From assembly GCF_009914755.1 (NCBI RefSeq), contig NC_060942.1: a DNA stretch of 64,000 nucleotides; one strand, given 5' to 3'. Each line of letters opens with the position of its first letter. Position 1 is the stretch's first letter. This DNA is from the human T2T-CHM13v2.0 reference genome, Homo sapiens. Of this stretch, positions 39,937 to 53,930 are shown piece after piece. Position numbers and translations under genes: made by a program. The notes under the pieces were generated by a model that did not search any database, was not told the DNA's origin, and was given only the letters and a program-made list of their open reading frames with translations.

Positions 39937-40160
39937 TATTTATTTATTTTTAGAGACAGGATCTCACTCTGTCATCCAGGCTGGAGTGCAGTGGTGCAAT
40001 AGCTCACTGTAACCTTGAACTCCAGGGCTCAAGTAATCCCCCCAATTTGGCCTCCTGACTAGCTGGGACTGCTCCTGAGTATCTGGAACTCCTGTGTAAA
40101 CATTTTAAAAATTTAAAATTTTTGTAGACACAAGGTCTCGCTCTGTTGCTGGGGCTGGAG
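39937..40160 (-). mobile_element. AluJ fragment with small internal duplication
   Basis: (TTTA)n tail, agagacaggatctcactctgtcatccaggctggagtgc; repeated ctcctgactagctgggact / ctcctgagtatctggaact. Confidence 0.8.
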
Positions 40161-41308
40161 TCGGGAGATTTTTGACACAATTCCGTGGTTTATCCAATCC
40201 ATGCCTGCACCTGGGAGTGCATCACACTCAGCTCACTCTCCCCTCGGCACTATCCCCCTCTGCAGGTGGCTTAGTGTCCTTCCTCCAAGCAGAGGGACTT
40301 CCCTGGTCTCCTTCCTCTTCTCGAGGTTCTGGGATGACTCACACTGAAATATTGGTGGAATGAGAATCCCCTGTGGAAGTTGTTGTTTCCATCCCTGCCA
40401 TTTCTACTCACCTCCTGACCTCACTGACTTGCACAACCAGCCACCCTGTCATTACTCTGGGTGGGACAATTTCCCTTTTCAATTTTTGGTTATCAGATGT
40501 TACCATCCTTTTGGGCCTCCGGATATGGGCCTTTTCCTTTGCAGGGTTATAGCTGTCTCCCTCAAAGGCTTGGTTTAGTCCAGCAGCCAGGCGGGGAAGC
40601 ATTTTATTCCTCTCTGTCCTGAGGCATATGTCCTGAAACCATTCTGTTCTTGGCCTCCTCAGCCCTTGTATGAGATCCTGTCTTCCCAGAGAACTGGCCC
40701 TTCCCAGTGACCACCCATCTTTGGGGTAAAGGTCTTTATCCTCATGTTTCAGGACCTGACTCTGGGCCTTAGGGTACATGGAAGGAGGGAGATTTGGGGA
40801 CACAGAATGCCCAGTAACCTGCGGTGAGGCTCGGTTCATTCTAGGAAGTATTTAGGAAGTATTTTGCAGGCCTTGTGCTAAGGGAATGTGAAGATGAGAA
40901 AATTCGGCGGGCACCAGAGGCATGGGAGTTGAGTACTTGGCTTTGCCAATGTTAAATGCCTCCTTCAACATTTCAGACAGGGAATTTTTGTAGTGGAGAG
41001 TAGAGCTGAACTTTAACTCGGTGATTTTTCCTGACAGAAGGTCCTCTCTAAGGACAGCAAGGAAATCAACAGTAGCAGTTAGTTAGGAAATGGGGTGTTG
41101 TGCGGTGCTACAGTGACTAGAGTCAGAAGGAGTTCCATTGATTCCAAATAAGAGGCCCTGCACAAATGGAGATTCTGATGTATGCAGCTCTCTACCTGTG
41201 TCTATTTGAAAACAAAAAGCCACCTTATTTTGTCTAAAATAATTTGAAGAATTTTTAGATGGCCACATGACAAAGATACCATTTCAATAAGTAATATAAA
41301 AAATATGT

Positions 41309-41432
41309 GGTGTGAACCTGGGAGGCGGAGCTTGCAGTGAGCCGAGATTGCACCACTGAACTCCAACCTGGGTGACAAGAGTGAGACTCCATCACACACA
41401 CACACAAACACACATGCACGCACACACACACA
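41309..41432 (+). mobile_element. AluY-type 3' fragment with (CA)n tail
   Basis: ggtgtgaacctgggaggcggagcttgcagtgagccgagat...gagactccatc then CA repeat to 41432; TSD-like atatgt (41303-41308, 41435-41440). Confidence 0.88.
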
Positions 41433-41919
41433 GGATATGTATTCTGTGAACCACTATTCATTTCTGTATACCAGACTGAATTTTTAAAAGCATTTGAAGC
41501 ATTCACTATTTTTCACATTAATATCAAAGCAGTAAAATAATCCAGAAACAAAAAAAGATAAGTAGCTTAATGATTCTACTTAAAATTAATGCAACTAATG
41601 TATTTCTGTTATTCCCTAGTGTATTGTTGTTGCAAAGTAGTTACTGTCTTTCAAATGAAAGTTTAAAACGATAACTTTCTGAAAATTGCAGCTATCATAC
41701 AAAAACGTGATTGTAAATCGTTTGTCTTTTGCCATTTTTCTTAAAAGAATTAGATATTTAAAAGATCATATAATCTGTTAAAACCATTAGTTGGCATTTT
41801 AAGAGTCACTTCAAGAATGTGCTTTAATTTAAAGGAAAACTAAGCTTGAATTCATTTTCATCTTTTTTTTACTATATTGAAAATTTTAACATTTCAATTC
41901 TAGTTTTGTCCATGACTGT

Positions 41920-42230
41920 TAATAATTCAGTCATTCAGCAGATAATTGAGGGCCCACCCTGTCAGGCACTGTCCTAAATGCTGCTGCTGCCCAACAAAAT
42001 AGACCCAAAATGCTGGCTTCATGGAGCTCACATTCCATTTGTGTACATTTCTATGGAACAGGCACTGTGTACTTTCCGTGCATGCTTGAGCAATTTTAAT
42101 TCTTCTATCAGCCCAAAGAAGGCACTATTACTATCCCAGTTTAACAATGAGGAAGCTGAGGTTGGCAAGGTTCGCAGTTTCCAGCTCATCTCCATCTACG
42201 TGATGCTGGTTTCATGACCACTGTGCAGTC
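41920..42230 (-). mobile_element. L2 3' fragment followed by MIR fragment
   Basis: attcagtcattcagcagataattgag...caggcactgtcctaaatgct...catggagctcacattc; then ctattactatcccagtttaacaatgaggaagctgagg. Confidence 0.7.
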
Positions 42231-42591
42231 ACTTGCTTTAGAGTGGTTTGAACCATTGAGTTAGCTTCACTGAGAAGTATCATGGAACCACTTACACTGA
42301 TATTACGAAGTATGCTTCAAAATGATGGTACACTCATGGAAGCAGCCTCAGAGGAAAGCCATTAAGATGGCGGGGGTGCCAATCATGTCATATGAGGGCA
42401 ATTGTAAGATATTATTGAACTAAGATCAATGGGTACAGGGTTTGGGAGGAAGGATTCAGGTCAATGTAGGGAAGAACCATCTAACCTGTCCACAGAAGGG
42501 ATGGATTGCCTAATTAAATGCCGAGATTAGAGAATTTAGCCTCGTGGATGTGGTCAAGAGGATTCAAGCATTAGGTTGATGATCATTTAGA

Positions 42592-42740
42592 TCAGCTTCC
42601 CACACCTGCTCATCAGAATGATCCAGCCACTTGTTGAAAGGATGTGTTCTGGTTACCCTGAGATGTTTTCATTCATTAGATTTAGGGTGGGGCCTGAACA
42701 TCTGAATTTTTAATCAACACAATAGGGGACCTGTTGCTGG
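42592..42740. mobile_element. MER5A-like fragment
   Basis: catcagaatgatcc...ttagatttagggtggggcctgaacatctgaatttttaa. Confidence 0.6.
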
Positions 42741-42749
42741 GTAGAGGGT

Positions 42750-43810
42750 GGTGGGGTATAACAGAGGTCACAAATGTACAAAAGCCCTTTTTGGAGGAGC
42801 ATGTATGAAATGTTTTAGGAACTGAAAGGTCAGCTTTGTGGTTGTACTCAAGAGAGTGAAGGGCAAGTTGTATTAGAAAAAAGTAGACATATAGGTGTGA
42901 GCCAGAAATTGGAGGTTTTCCAGAACCACATTAAAGATTTTAAGCACAACTGAAACCATTTTAGCCTAGAGTAACATAGGGTAACCAGATTTTGTGTGTG
43001 TGTAGTGTGTGTGTGTGAATGTGCAGACCCACACACTCAAAATACACATCATATTTTTAAAGATCTCTCAGACTGTGAAGAGAATGGACTTAAAAATGTT
43101 CATGGAGGAGGTAGAGTGGGTGGCAGTGGACTGGTTAATAGACTATTGAAGTATTCCAGGTGAATGACAAGGGGACATGAGGAGGTTTTTTTGGGAGCTA
43201 AAATCAGCTGGCCTGGATGGTAGACCAGATCATGGGGATAAGGGTAAGAGGGTATTCAGGGTGGAGAGGGATGCCATTTACTCACCCAGGGAATAGGTTT
43301 GTGGGAATGTTTTGAACGAATGGAAATTGAGGTGCCTGAGATGGCCACTCTGACATGTCTAATGGGTGGTTGGGTATGTGGGGTTAGAGCTCAGAAGGAG
43401 AGGTCAGATGGTTGAAGCCAAAGGGGTGGATGAAATTGTCGAGGGAGCAGGAAGAGTGTTAGAAGAGGGCTCCAGACATCTAATGTCTGGTGGTGGAGAG
43501 GAGGAAAACCAGGATTCGGCCGTCACCAGGGAAGCCCCTGAAGAGGGAGGAGGGTGTTTCCCAAAGGTGATATAGACAAGAGAGCAGGAGAGATGAGACC
43601 TGAGAAGAACAGCCTTGGATTCCTTGGCCTGGATGTCCCTGTGACTTCAGCAAGAGCCGTTTAGGTGCCACACTGGAGGCTGCAGGGAGTTGGGGTGAGG
43701 ACCAGAGAGAGTGATTATGGAGACTGTCTCCTGAGAGATGTGGTTATGAGGAGGAGCAGAGACCTAGGACAGTCACTTACGCGCAACGTGGAAGGGAGGT
43801 TTTTAAACAT
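42750..43810 (-). mobile_element. L2 fragment
   Basis: Purine-rich antisense L2 motifs: agaatggact, gactattgaagtattccaggtga, ttgaggtgcctgag, gagctcagaaggagaggtc, gttgaagccaaaggggtggatgaaattg. Confidence 0.75.
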
Positions 43811-44799
43811 TTTTAAAAGATGGAGTAGCCTTTTGGGCTATTTTGCTGGTTTATTTTAGAATTAAAAGTGGGGGAATTAAAGAAAAAAGTTTTGAGTAAT
43901 GCTTTTAAAGTTTCATCTTTGTTATTTTAAAATGTTTTCTATCATGAACTCTGAAGAAATCTTTGAGAGGATGATGGATTTACATTGTCAGTCTCTTATA
44001 CAAGTGAGCCCTTGTGAAGTAATTTTTTCAAAACTAAAGCTTTGTTTTTCTCTCCTTGAGATAAGATAAACACAGACACCATTAATAGCACATTTTGCCT
44101 TGTTATCTATGAAGGGGGATGGTTGCAGGCATATAGTGTAGTGTCACGTGAGCCAGTGGTAATTTACATGGGGACCCTTAGGTTGGGTTGGCTTATGTGC
44201 CATGTGAAAGTGAGAGCCTGTGCCCGGGATCTGATTTCCTCTTTAATTGAGTATCAAATTAAATTCAGAGATCCCGGGGACTACCGGCCAGAAACATTTT
44301 CCCTCATCCTGATTTGCTTTTCTGTTCTACACTTCTGTGTCCTGTTTTATTTAAAACAAATGTAAGACTTTAATTAAGAAGGTTTTAAAGTCATGAGATT
44401 ACAAAGTAATCTTGAATCCAATCCTCTGTAATTTTAACCAAATCACTCAGTATCTTTAAGCTCAAAATGTCCTGTCAGCTTTAAATTGAAACTGAATCCC
44501 ACTGAGAAAATATTATGCAGTCTCATCAAAACCTGTGCTAATTTCTTTTTTGTTTTTACCCATCCTTTCTTAAAGAATCAATAAGCTTGCTTTTCTATAA
44601 TAGTGATTCTCAGTGTTGATAACTGTGATAAGATATATTTCTTTCCATTAACTTTGCTGTAATAACACATTTACGTTCAGAACTACAAGGCTGTTTTTTT
44701 TTTTTTTGTAATTTCACGATATGCCGGGGGATTAATTGGTGGGTGCTGTGCTCTTGAGGATTAAAGAGTCCAATTTGGGAGATAGATAATTGTCTAGAG

Positions 44800-45003
44800 C
44801 AAGGTTGTCCAGCCCGCGGCCCAGGATGGCTTTGAATGTGGCCCAACACAAATTTGTAAAATTTCTTAAAACATTATGATTTTTTTTGCAATTTTTAAGA
44901 AGTTCATCAGCTATTGTTAGTGTTGGTATGTTTTATGTGTGGCCCAAGACAATTATTCTTCTTCCAGTGTGGCCCAGGAAAGCCAAAAGACCGGGCACCC
45001 CTG
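44800..45003 (-). mobile_element. MER30 hAT-Charlie MITE
   Basis: caaggttgtccagcccgcggcccaggatggctttgaatgtggcc...gccaaaagaccgggcacccctg; perfect 8-bp TSD GTCTAGAG (44792-44799, 45004-45011). Confidence 0.94.
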
Positions 45004-45489
45004 GTCTAGAGATACAGACTATTTCCCAGATAGACGGGTAGGTTCCCTGTTACTGCCCTCTCTCTTGAGTCTGGGGTATTTTTGCAATTATTCTAGCACT
45101 ACAGATCTGTCAAGGATAATAATGCATAGTTATTAACACTAAGTATGGATGTTATGAAATTTGATTGTCAATATATCCTGTGCTGATTGTACTCATTCAA
45201 GTTAAAATCACAGGGTGCAGATATATAAAAATCTCAAATGCTAGTTTATCACTTTACAGATAGAACTGTGATATAGTGTTCTATGCTAGGCACGTTGTGC
45301 TCAGAACTAAATAGCCTAAGTAGGAAGCCAAGTTAGAAGGTTGGTCCAGTATGGAATCAGCACAAGGGGAGTTGATCGGATGATGTCAGAGGCCAATTGT
45401 CATGAAGCTGTTTGCCTAGCATATCCATTTCACTGTAGTGACATACCTATGATGAGAACCAGACCATGGTGTTTTTCTGGATCAATGGC

Positions 45490-45680
45490 TGTGCTGTGTT
45501 TCTAGCAGTGCTCTACTCTAGACATTTTATATGTAAAGAAATGATGTTATATGCTCATTTTAGAGAAGAGGAAAGTGAGGCTCAGAGATGTTGCGTAATT
45601 GGCCTACAAGTTGCACAGATAGTAAGGGTAAAATTAGAATTGGAACTTGCGTTTAATTCCACAGTCTGTGTTTCTACTCT
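45490..45680 (-). mobile_element. MIR
   Basis: cattttagagaagaggaaagtgaggctcagagatgttgcgtaattggcctacaagttgcacagatagtaag. Confidence 0.75.
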
Positions 45681-46659
45681 TTTTGCTTCATTGCTAAGAT
45701 TTGGGCAATCCATAGGTCTTCAGTGATGCAAATCACCTCCAAGAAACCCCAGTGCCTTAGCACTTGGTGTCGTTTCCATGAACAGAGCTTTTGGTTTCCT
45801 TTGCTCAGACACTGTCCAAGTTGGGGCGGCTGAAAAAGGCTCCCTGAGCTGGCCACATCTGTTTTAATTAGGGATGTGTAAAATTCCAGCCATCAACTGT
45901 GCCAGAAGTCTGGATAGGCTGCATGTTACAGCTGATAAATGATCTAAGGCAAATTATCTGGATTTAGGGATGGTATTTGGGATGAAATAATGGAGAGTTA
46001 GAATGGTCTCTCAGCAAAGCTACGTGCTGTTTACTGTAGGAATTAGCATGCCTGATTAGTACAGCTCTGAGAAGGGATGAAAATGTCTAAAAAAATTCAG
46101 CAATTGCCTCAGTGCCCTAAATAGTCTTATGTCAGCAATTAGCAGTAACAGTCTTTCATTAATCCATCAGATTTCTGATGCTGCACATCCTAATGCAGGA
46201 GATAATAGAGAATCCTCAGGATTAGCCACTGATGCATCACACCACAGTATGTCATTACAGCAGCAGTGTTGAGACAGCATATTGAAGCAGAAAAACGGTA
46301 GAGCAACAATTCTCTGAAAGCAGGAAAGTGCTCCTTTTCTTCATTCATTTCAGAGTGCCATGTGCAATGAGCCATGACCAGGCAGCAGTCTGTATCACCA
46401 ACTCTTTGGAGGTGTGTAAGTCGGCTTTTTAGTTGTATTAATGAGATGTTGCAAAAATAAGAGAGTCCAAGGAAAGAAACATATTGCTGGTAAATTCAAA
46501 GGGGTTCAGATTTTGCAACCATTCCTTGATGAAATGGACTCTCTTTCATGTATTCTGTGGTCGTGTTACCTAATCTTAGGAGGAGTCACCATGTTTTTGC
46601 TCTTCCCCAAATTCATCTTTGGATGGCTGTGTCTCAGAATCATTCAGCAAATATTTCAC

Positions 46660-47550
46660 ATCCTTTCTGGTTTCTTCAAGTCTCCAAATGCCTTCCCTTC
46701 CCCTCATTCCTGGCAGGGAGTCTTGCCTTGTACTTGACTTCCATCTTCTTAGCATCATGTGAACTCTCCCACCTTCCCTTCACTCCTCTTGGAATCCCCA
46801 TGTTGTCACCTGTGTGTGTAGTGTGTGGTTGTCACACTTTGACAGATCTAATTTCAAATCTGACCTGCTCTCTCTATCTGGCAGAGTGACCAGGCACTAC
46901 TCACTTGGAACCTTTGATCCCCTCCTTTCTTTCCAAATGCTCTTCCTGCATCCTCCGCATCGCAGGAAAGGACAGCATCTTTTGTCTGGTTCTCAAGCTG
47001 AGAAACTTGGAGTCATCCTGATTCCTGTTTCTCTCATGCCTACATTCAGCCAGTCAGCAGATCCTGTTGATTCTACCTTCACAGTATTTCCAACCACCAT
47101 CCCGGCCCTCCTGCAGGTCTTTGCTGGCGTGATTCTTCCCTAGGACTTTCCCCTTTTCAGCATTGCCCCATAATGGTCTAGTCTGACCATTCCAAAATAT
47201 GAATCTGATCACAGAGCCTCCAAAGTCTTCCATTTTTCACCTGGGAAAACACAGAATCTTTTCCAAGGCCCGCTGGGTATGGTGTGATTTGCTTCTAGCA
47301 CTTCTCTTTGTTCATCTCCTACAGCTTCATCCCATCTCCTGCCATGGGCCCTGATGCTCCTCAAACACTCAAGCATATGTCCTCCTTGTAGCTCCTTTCT
47401 GTTTTTTCTTGTTGCTGTTTTTGTTTTAGTTGGCTGTATCCTCCGTGAGAATGTTCATTCCATAAAGAACAGGATTTTTTTTTTCCCATTTTGTTCACTG
47501 CCATCTCCAGCCTCTCGATTCCCATTGTACTGTTGCCTCTCTTCAATTTG
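46660..47550 (+). mobile_element. L2 fragment
   Basis: Pyrimidine-rich sense L2 motifs: tcaagctgagaaacttggagtcatcctgattcc, cagatcctgttgattctaccttc, aaaatatgaatctgatcac. Confidence 0.75.
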
Positions 47551-48568
47551 AGAAATGCAGACCTATAGAATGAAGTTCAGGCTCTTTATCATAGTATTTG
47601 GTCTTCTCCACAATGCCCAGTTCCCTGTCTTTGGGCCATTACTGTTTGTATACTCACAGGAACCCTAGCTACACCCAGTTATACCATGGCTATGTCTTTG
47701 TCCCCATGGCTGTGAAGGTAGGACATGCTGAAAAGCTCTTTCCTCATTTTTACTTGTTAAAGGTCTATTCCTTATCTTTAATGCCCAAATGGATTGAACA
47801 ATATTTTAGATTTCTCCCAATAAACATTTATCCTCCTTTCCTCTGAAATTTGCTGCCACTTGTATAGCATTTATCACATTTCGCCTTTGTAAGTTATTTG
47901 TGAACATCTTTCTCTTTTGTTATTCTTGTAAAATCCTTGACGATGGATTTCTTTTCATTTCAGATCTATTGTTGCATCCCTAGTTATCACCTTTTACACA
48001 GTGTTTAGCCAACTTATTTACAAATAGAAACAGCCTTAAGTTCATATTTCAAATGATCTCAATTAGTGTAGAAAGCTTTTATTATTTCCTCTTGTGTGAA
48101 TTATTTACATGAACAAGAAATAACATGCATATGACAACAAATTAGGATATGTTATTTTCATATTAAATGTCCCTAAGATAATAAGCAATGAATTATTAAT
48201 GTATCACACAGGCATATCTTTTATTTTATTTTTTGTTTTTTCAAATGTAAAAACAAAACTAAATTTGTCCTACCAGAAGCTCATAGGGTATGTTTAGGCT
48301 TTCAGGGAAAATAATTATTTTTACTTAGAGATCAGTAGCTAAATATAAAAAAGAACTTAAAATTTGCATTGTGCCCCCCAAAATTATGCCATGTATTTGG
48401 AATGTGTATTTCATATATGTTGGAGTTTAAAATATTTTTCCAGCAGTATAGAAAAACAGAAGAAAATGGACTTACATTTATTGTTAAAGCAACGTGTATT
48501 TTATATTTTTATATTTAAAATGCTTTTGATTATAATAGCTAAGGCAATTTTATAATGCAGGGCCCAAG

Positions 48569-48602
48569 TCTCATTTCCTTTCTGCTCTTCCACCAGGTAA
48601 GT
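48569..48602 (+). promoter_or_regulatory. Juxtaposed 3' and 5' splice-site consensus (candidate recursive splice site)
   Basis: tctcatttcctttctgctcttccacCAG|GTAAGT: branch-like ctcat, AG-free pyrimidine tract, CAG, perfect donor. The motif is seen; its use is not shown. Confidence 0.4.
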
Positions 48603-50127
48603 AGTACTTCTTGATTTAATGCACTGATATTTTCTATAAAGTGCTTAGCATAGTACTATGTGCTTAATAGGTAGTTAGCACCCAATAAATATTAGCTTCT
48701 ATTATTCATAAAGAAGTGACCTTCTCTTTTCAGAGTCCTTCTTGGCCTGTCATTTATCATATTATTGCCTTGTATTATTTTTATGTCTTTTCCAGCTAAG
48801 TGTCCTTTAATATTGTAGATAATTTTGTACATTGTAAAGGATTAATAAATTATTTATCCACTGAATAAATAATGAACTTGTGAACATTCTTTTAAAATTT
48901 AAGTAGCTCTGAAGTTTGCTCATATTGAGCCCAAACATGGCGGAAACTTCTGAGCATAGACAAGTTAATGCCATAAATAATCCCAGAAAAGCCACTGGAC
49001 ACAGAACGAGTCTCTGGGGATGAACCAGAAGTCACATTTGCCTGCCTACATTTTCCTTGCGGAGGCAGTTCTACTAAATTAACAGGGGATATATTAGCAT
49101 GTTCAGAGACCTCTAAGGTACAGTAAAATCCATAGAATGCCCACTTCCACTACATTTGATAGAGTTACCCATTGGGTTAAGATTAGTTACTCAGTTTATT
49201 TATGTTGTAAATGACTTATTTGGCCATTTGTTTGGGAAAGGTAGGAAGAGCAGTGGAGAGAATGAGAGACTGCAGGGCAGACAAACGCTTCTGTTTTCTG
49301 ACTGTGCACTCACATGAGAGAAAGAGAGCCTTTCAAAAAGTATTTGCTTGGGTGCTTCACATGGAAGATGTGAGCTGCTGAACTCTGGGAGCTGGCAGCC
49401 AGCCTGAATATGTCCTTTAAAGTGTACCTACCTGTTAACCACTGCAGTGCTTGGAATCTAGTAGGCATTCAAGGAAACTTGGATGTATAGATGACAAACT
49501 GGAAGTGACAATGTTCCAGGTAGAGGAGATAGCTTGCTTTTTATGGATGGCTTAGTTGCAGGCCTCCATTGGGTTCTCCCAAGGCTCAGTGTTTTGCCTG
49601 GAAGTTAAGCCATTTTCAGATCTATGAGTGCATAGGTAATGTAACCATTACATTATTATTGTTCTATTTCATTTACTTCCAAGTAAACCCCAGTCTTCCT
49701 TGTCATGATTATATTGATTGTATTCATTCCCACAATGATTCAAAAATACTGTGTGTCTCAGAATTGCATGGCCCTCCATTGGACAAGTGGGGCTAAAATG
49801 TAAGCAAGGTGGGCTTCCTAGAGAAGCCTACAGCCTAAGGGGGAGATGAGACCTGCTTACATGGCTGTCAGTACAGGACAGAGGAGGCGCGTGCTACACA
49901 GTAAAGGACTTCAGAGGAGGGAAATAGTCTGTACAGTCTGCAGGATGCCAAAGCACTTCAGAGAAGAAGTTGCATTTTAAGCAAGACTTTGAAGGAGATG
50001 TTGGATTTAAACAAAGGGACTGGGTTGGAGGTTTAGAGTGAGGACATTGAAGAGAAAGCAACAGGCATAGTAATTGGTAACTTTACAGTCATATCAATTA
50101 ATTTATGTTAATTAAAAGTGTAATTCA

Positions 50128-50459
<332 letters not shown>

Positions 50460-50737
50460 CTAAGTAAAATGTTGTATATTGTCAAGTTTAAGATAAATTT
50501 TATTTCCCTTTATATCCTGTAGGACATCACAATAAAATTTTGTTTGGTCAGGCTTTTCTTATACTGTTTTATTTCTTTTAAGCATTGGGATTCTTCATAC
50601 TCAAGATAAAAAAGGAAGTCATAATTGCATGTTATGATATTCTTTGAAGTTATGTTGGACAGCGTCCACAGTAGAAAAGGTTAAGTTCATTTCTTAATGT
50701 GTACACACTGCCTCTTACCCACTAGCATTGGGGCCAC

Positions 50738-50810
50738 CTCATTCATTTGTTTGCTCATTCAACAAATATTTATTAGGCATCTACTGTGTGCCAGGCAGTG
50801 TCTAGTGTCT
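50738..50810 (-). mobile_element. L2 3' terminal fragment
   Basis: attcatttgtttgctcattcaacaaatatttattaggcatctactgtgtgccaggcagtg. Confidence 0.75.
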
Positions 50811-52335
50811 TTCAATTGTGTTTGCATTCCTCATGGTATGTTTTATATTCTTTTTCTTTCTTCTATTCTATGAACGTTTCTTTGGGGGATATAGTAGGTT
50901 CTTAATAATCATTGAATTAATGCACATTGAAAAATCTCACAAAGGAATTCAGGCATGAATAAGCAAGATGGACTTGTTGAAAGTTCCACTGCAGTTTTGG
51001 ACTTGAGTACAAATATTGAATACTATGTTTCATAGGGTTTCATTAGAACAGAATGCGTTTACAACTTTTGAAAATTTTCTGGTGCTTTTCCTTAATTTAA
51101 CAAATAATCCCACACATGAATCACATCACTGTTCAAAAATGTAACTTTGTATTTTGACTAACCTTACCTAATGGGGTTTTGGTATTAATTTAAGCATGAA
51201 GAACTATTCTTGGCTTTTGCCAGGAAACAGGTAGTTAAAGTTCTCTATACTTTTATTAATCATAACATTTCTTTAGGCCATTTCAGCTCTTATATGACTT
51301 GAGGGTGAATGAAAAACCATTCAGTTAACCAAACAGAGAAAACTGAAGACTGATTAGTTGAAGTCTCACAGAGTATATGCCCCTTCTACTCTACCCTAAA
51401 CACTGAGATAGTCACATTTCCTAGAAAGACCCAGCGAAACCAGATTAGTAGAAAGAGGTCCAGAATAAAGTATCTGAGAAAGCATTATATCTGTAAGAGG
51501 AGAGTGTTTTACAGAAGATGAAGACTAATAATTTCAACTTCATGTGATAAATCCAGTTTGTTTCATTTTTAAATTTATGCTTCCTAATAAAGTAATTTAT
51601 TCTAGGGCTCAAGGTTTTATAAATGGAGAAAGACAGTGCATATGATTAAGATTTCAAACTCTGTCATGAAAAGAATTATCCATGTTTCTGCCTGCCCCAT
51701 GTTGTATAAATTTCTCTGTGACTTATAATTTCTTAGACATATTTATCTAATGATGTGTGTTTGAAAGCATCCACATTTTGTGTCTGCCCTAGTTTTTTAA
51801 TGATTTTAAGTGCATTTTTAATGGTTGAAACTGTTATGTAGACCATCTTCTGAGGCAAAAACATGAAGTACTACATCACAATATTAAGTTCTTCAAATTA
51901 GAATTACAGTTTTAGTGCATTTGTTATTTAAGTATTATTAGGTTAGTTCTTATGCTAATTTTAGATTTATTAACAGATAGGCTGGAGCCTGCCAATTAAT
52001 GCTTTTTACTCTTGATTCAGCAATAATTTGGGTAGTCAGAAATGCAGATGCATTTCTTATGGTCTTTTAGAAAATTATTTTCTTTTGATTTAATTACTTG
52101 GTGCAGGACATATTTCATTACGACACTTCTAAATCCAATTAAATATTTTTCTACAGGCAACAATTATTCTAAACTCTTTTCCTCACAGTGGAAAAGTTGA
52201 TCATCTTGAATAATCTTAACCATGTTTATTTCTCCAAAACTGTAGTGTTTTACCTTGTAAATTTTCTTGTTTTCCAGGTGAATTTAAACTAGATATCTCA
52301 TTTCCATTTTTCAGCATTTTCTCCAATTTGATTGA

Positions 52336-52933
<598 letters not shown>

Positions 52934-53671
52934 TCTATATGCTTTTATATTCATATTCCACATGCTGTTTACATTTATATGGTGAACAAGCAGATATCAT
53001 CCTGATATTGTAGAGCACATGATTTCTTGCTGTATTTTCATTGACTTTTTTCCAGTGAGCAAATAGAATATTTTTTACATTAGTTTTCACTTCTAGTTAG
53101 AATATATCTGTATTTGAAAATTTACCCAAAGAGTATTGCCACATCTTAACAAGTAGATTACTAAAGAAGGAAATAGCCTTGTTATCATGTTTTATTTTAC
53201 TTGTAACAAATTCCAGTTTCTAAATATTCAAAGGAAGTGCATAACTAGTGTTTTCCAGATAACTTGTTTGGTAGGGGTTTTAGGGGTGGAGATGGTCTGT
53301 AATCAAAAATAAATGGCAGAATGGATGGATGACTGGCAGTGACAGATACTGAGCATTGAGGGGGAAATCATACTTAAAATGAATTTCCTATATCTTAGAA
53401 TGTTAATAAAATATTATATAATTTATTATGCTGATGATTAGCCTGTGGGGTTTCTCTCCTGTTTCAGTACAGGTAGGCAGAACTTGCTACAGAAAGAAAC
53501 TTCCAGTGTCCAGTTGAATGAATTAATTATATATATGTCATTCCAAATTATCTGATAGTTATATAATTTGAAGCAAATAATTATATGAAAGGAGCTTTAG
53601 AGATCATCTTACTGCAATTTTGTGATAATGAGGAAATTGAGGTCCGAGGAATTTTACTTTTCTCAGGTCAT

Positions 53672-53930
53672 TGTGTATTAGGATGCTTTTGGTTGCAAGT
53701 GTCAGAGTCCCCAGTTGAAACTAGTTTAAGTAAACTAAAATATATATATATGACTGGGAAATCTAGGAGTAGATTTGGAGTCAGAAGTGCAGCAGCCAAT
53801 TGGTGTGGTTAGGAGTTGGGTATTATAACTTTAGGTCATCCTTATTCCTAAGGATGTGGTAGGGAGACAGGTGATTGGCAGCTCCACTAGAACCATGGGG
53901 AAAGGGAGGAGCCAGTCTCTGAAAAAGGAA
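53672..53930 (-). mobile_element. MLT1 (J/K-like) LTR fragment
   Basis: tgtgtattaggatgcttttggttgcaagtgtcagagtccccagttgaaactagtttaag. Confidence 0.6.

Noticed and set aside
40408-40839. 143-aa minus-strand ORF
   Set aside because: No recognisable family or exon context; cannot be supported from sequence alone
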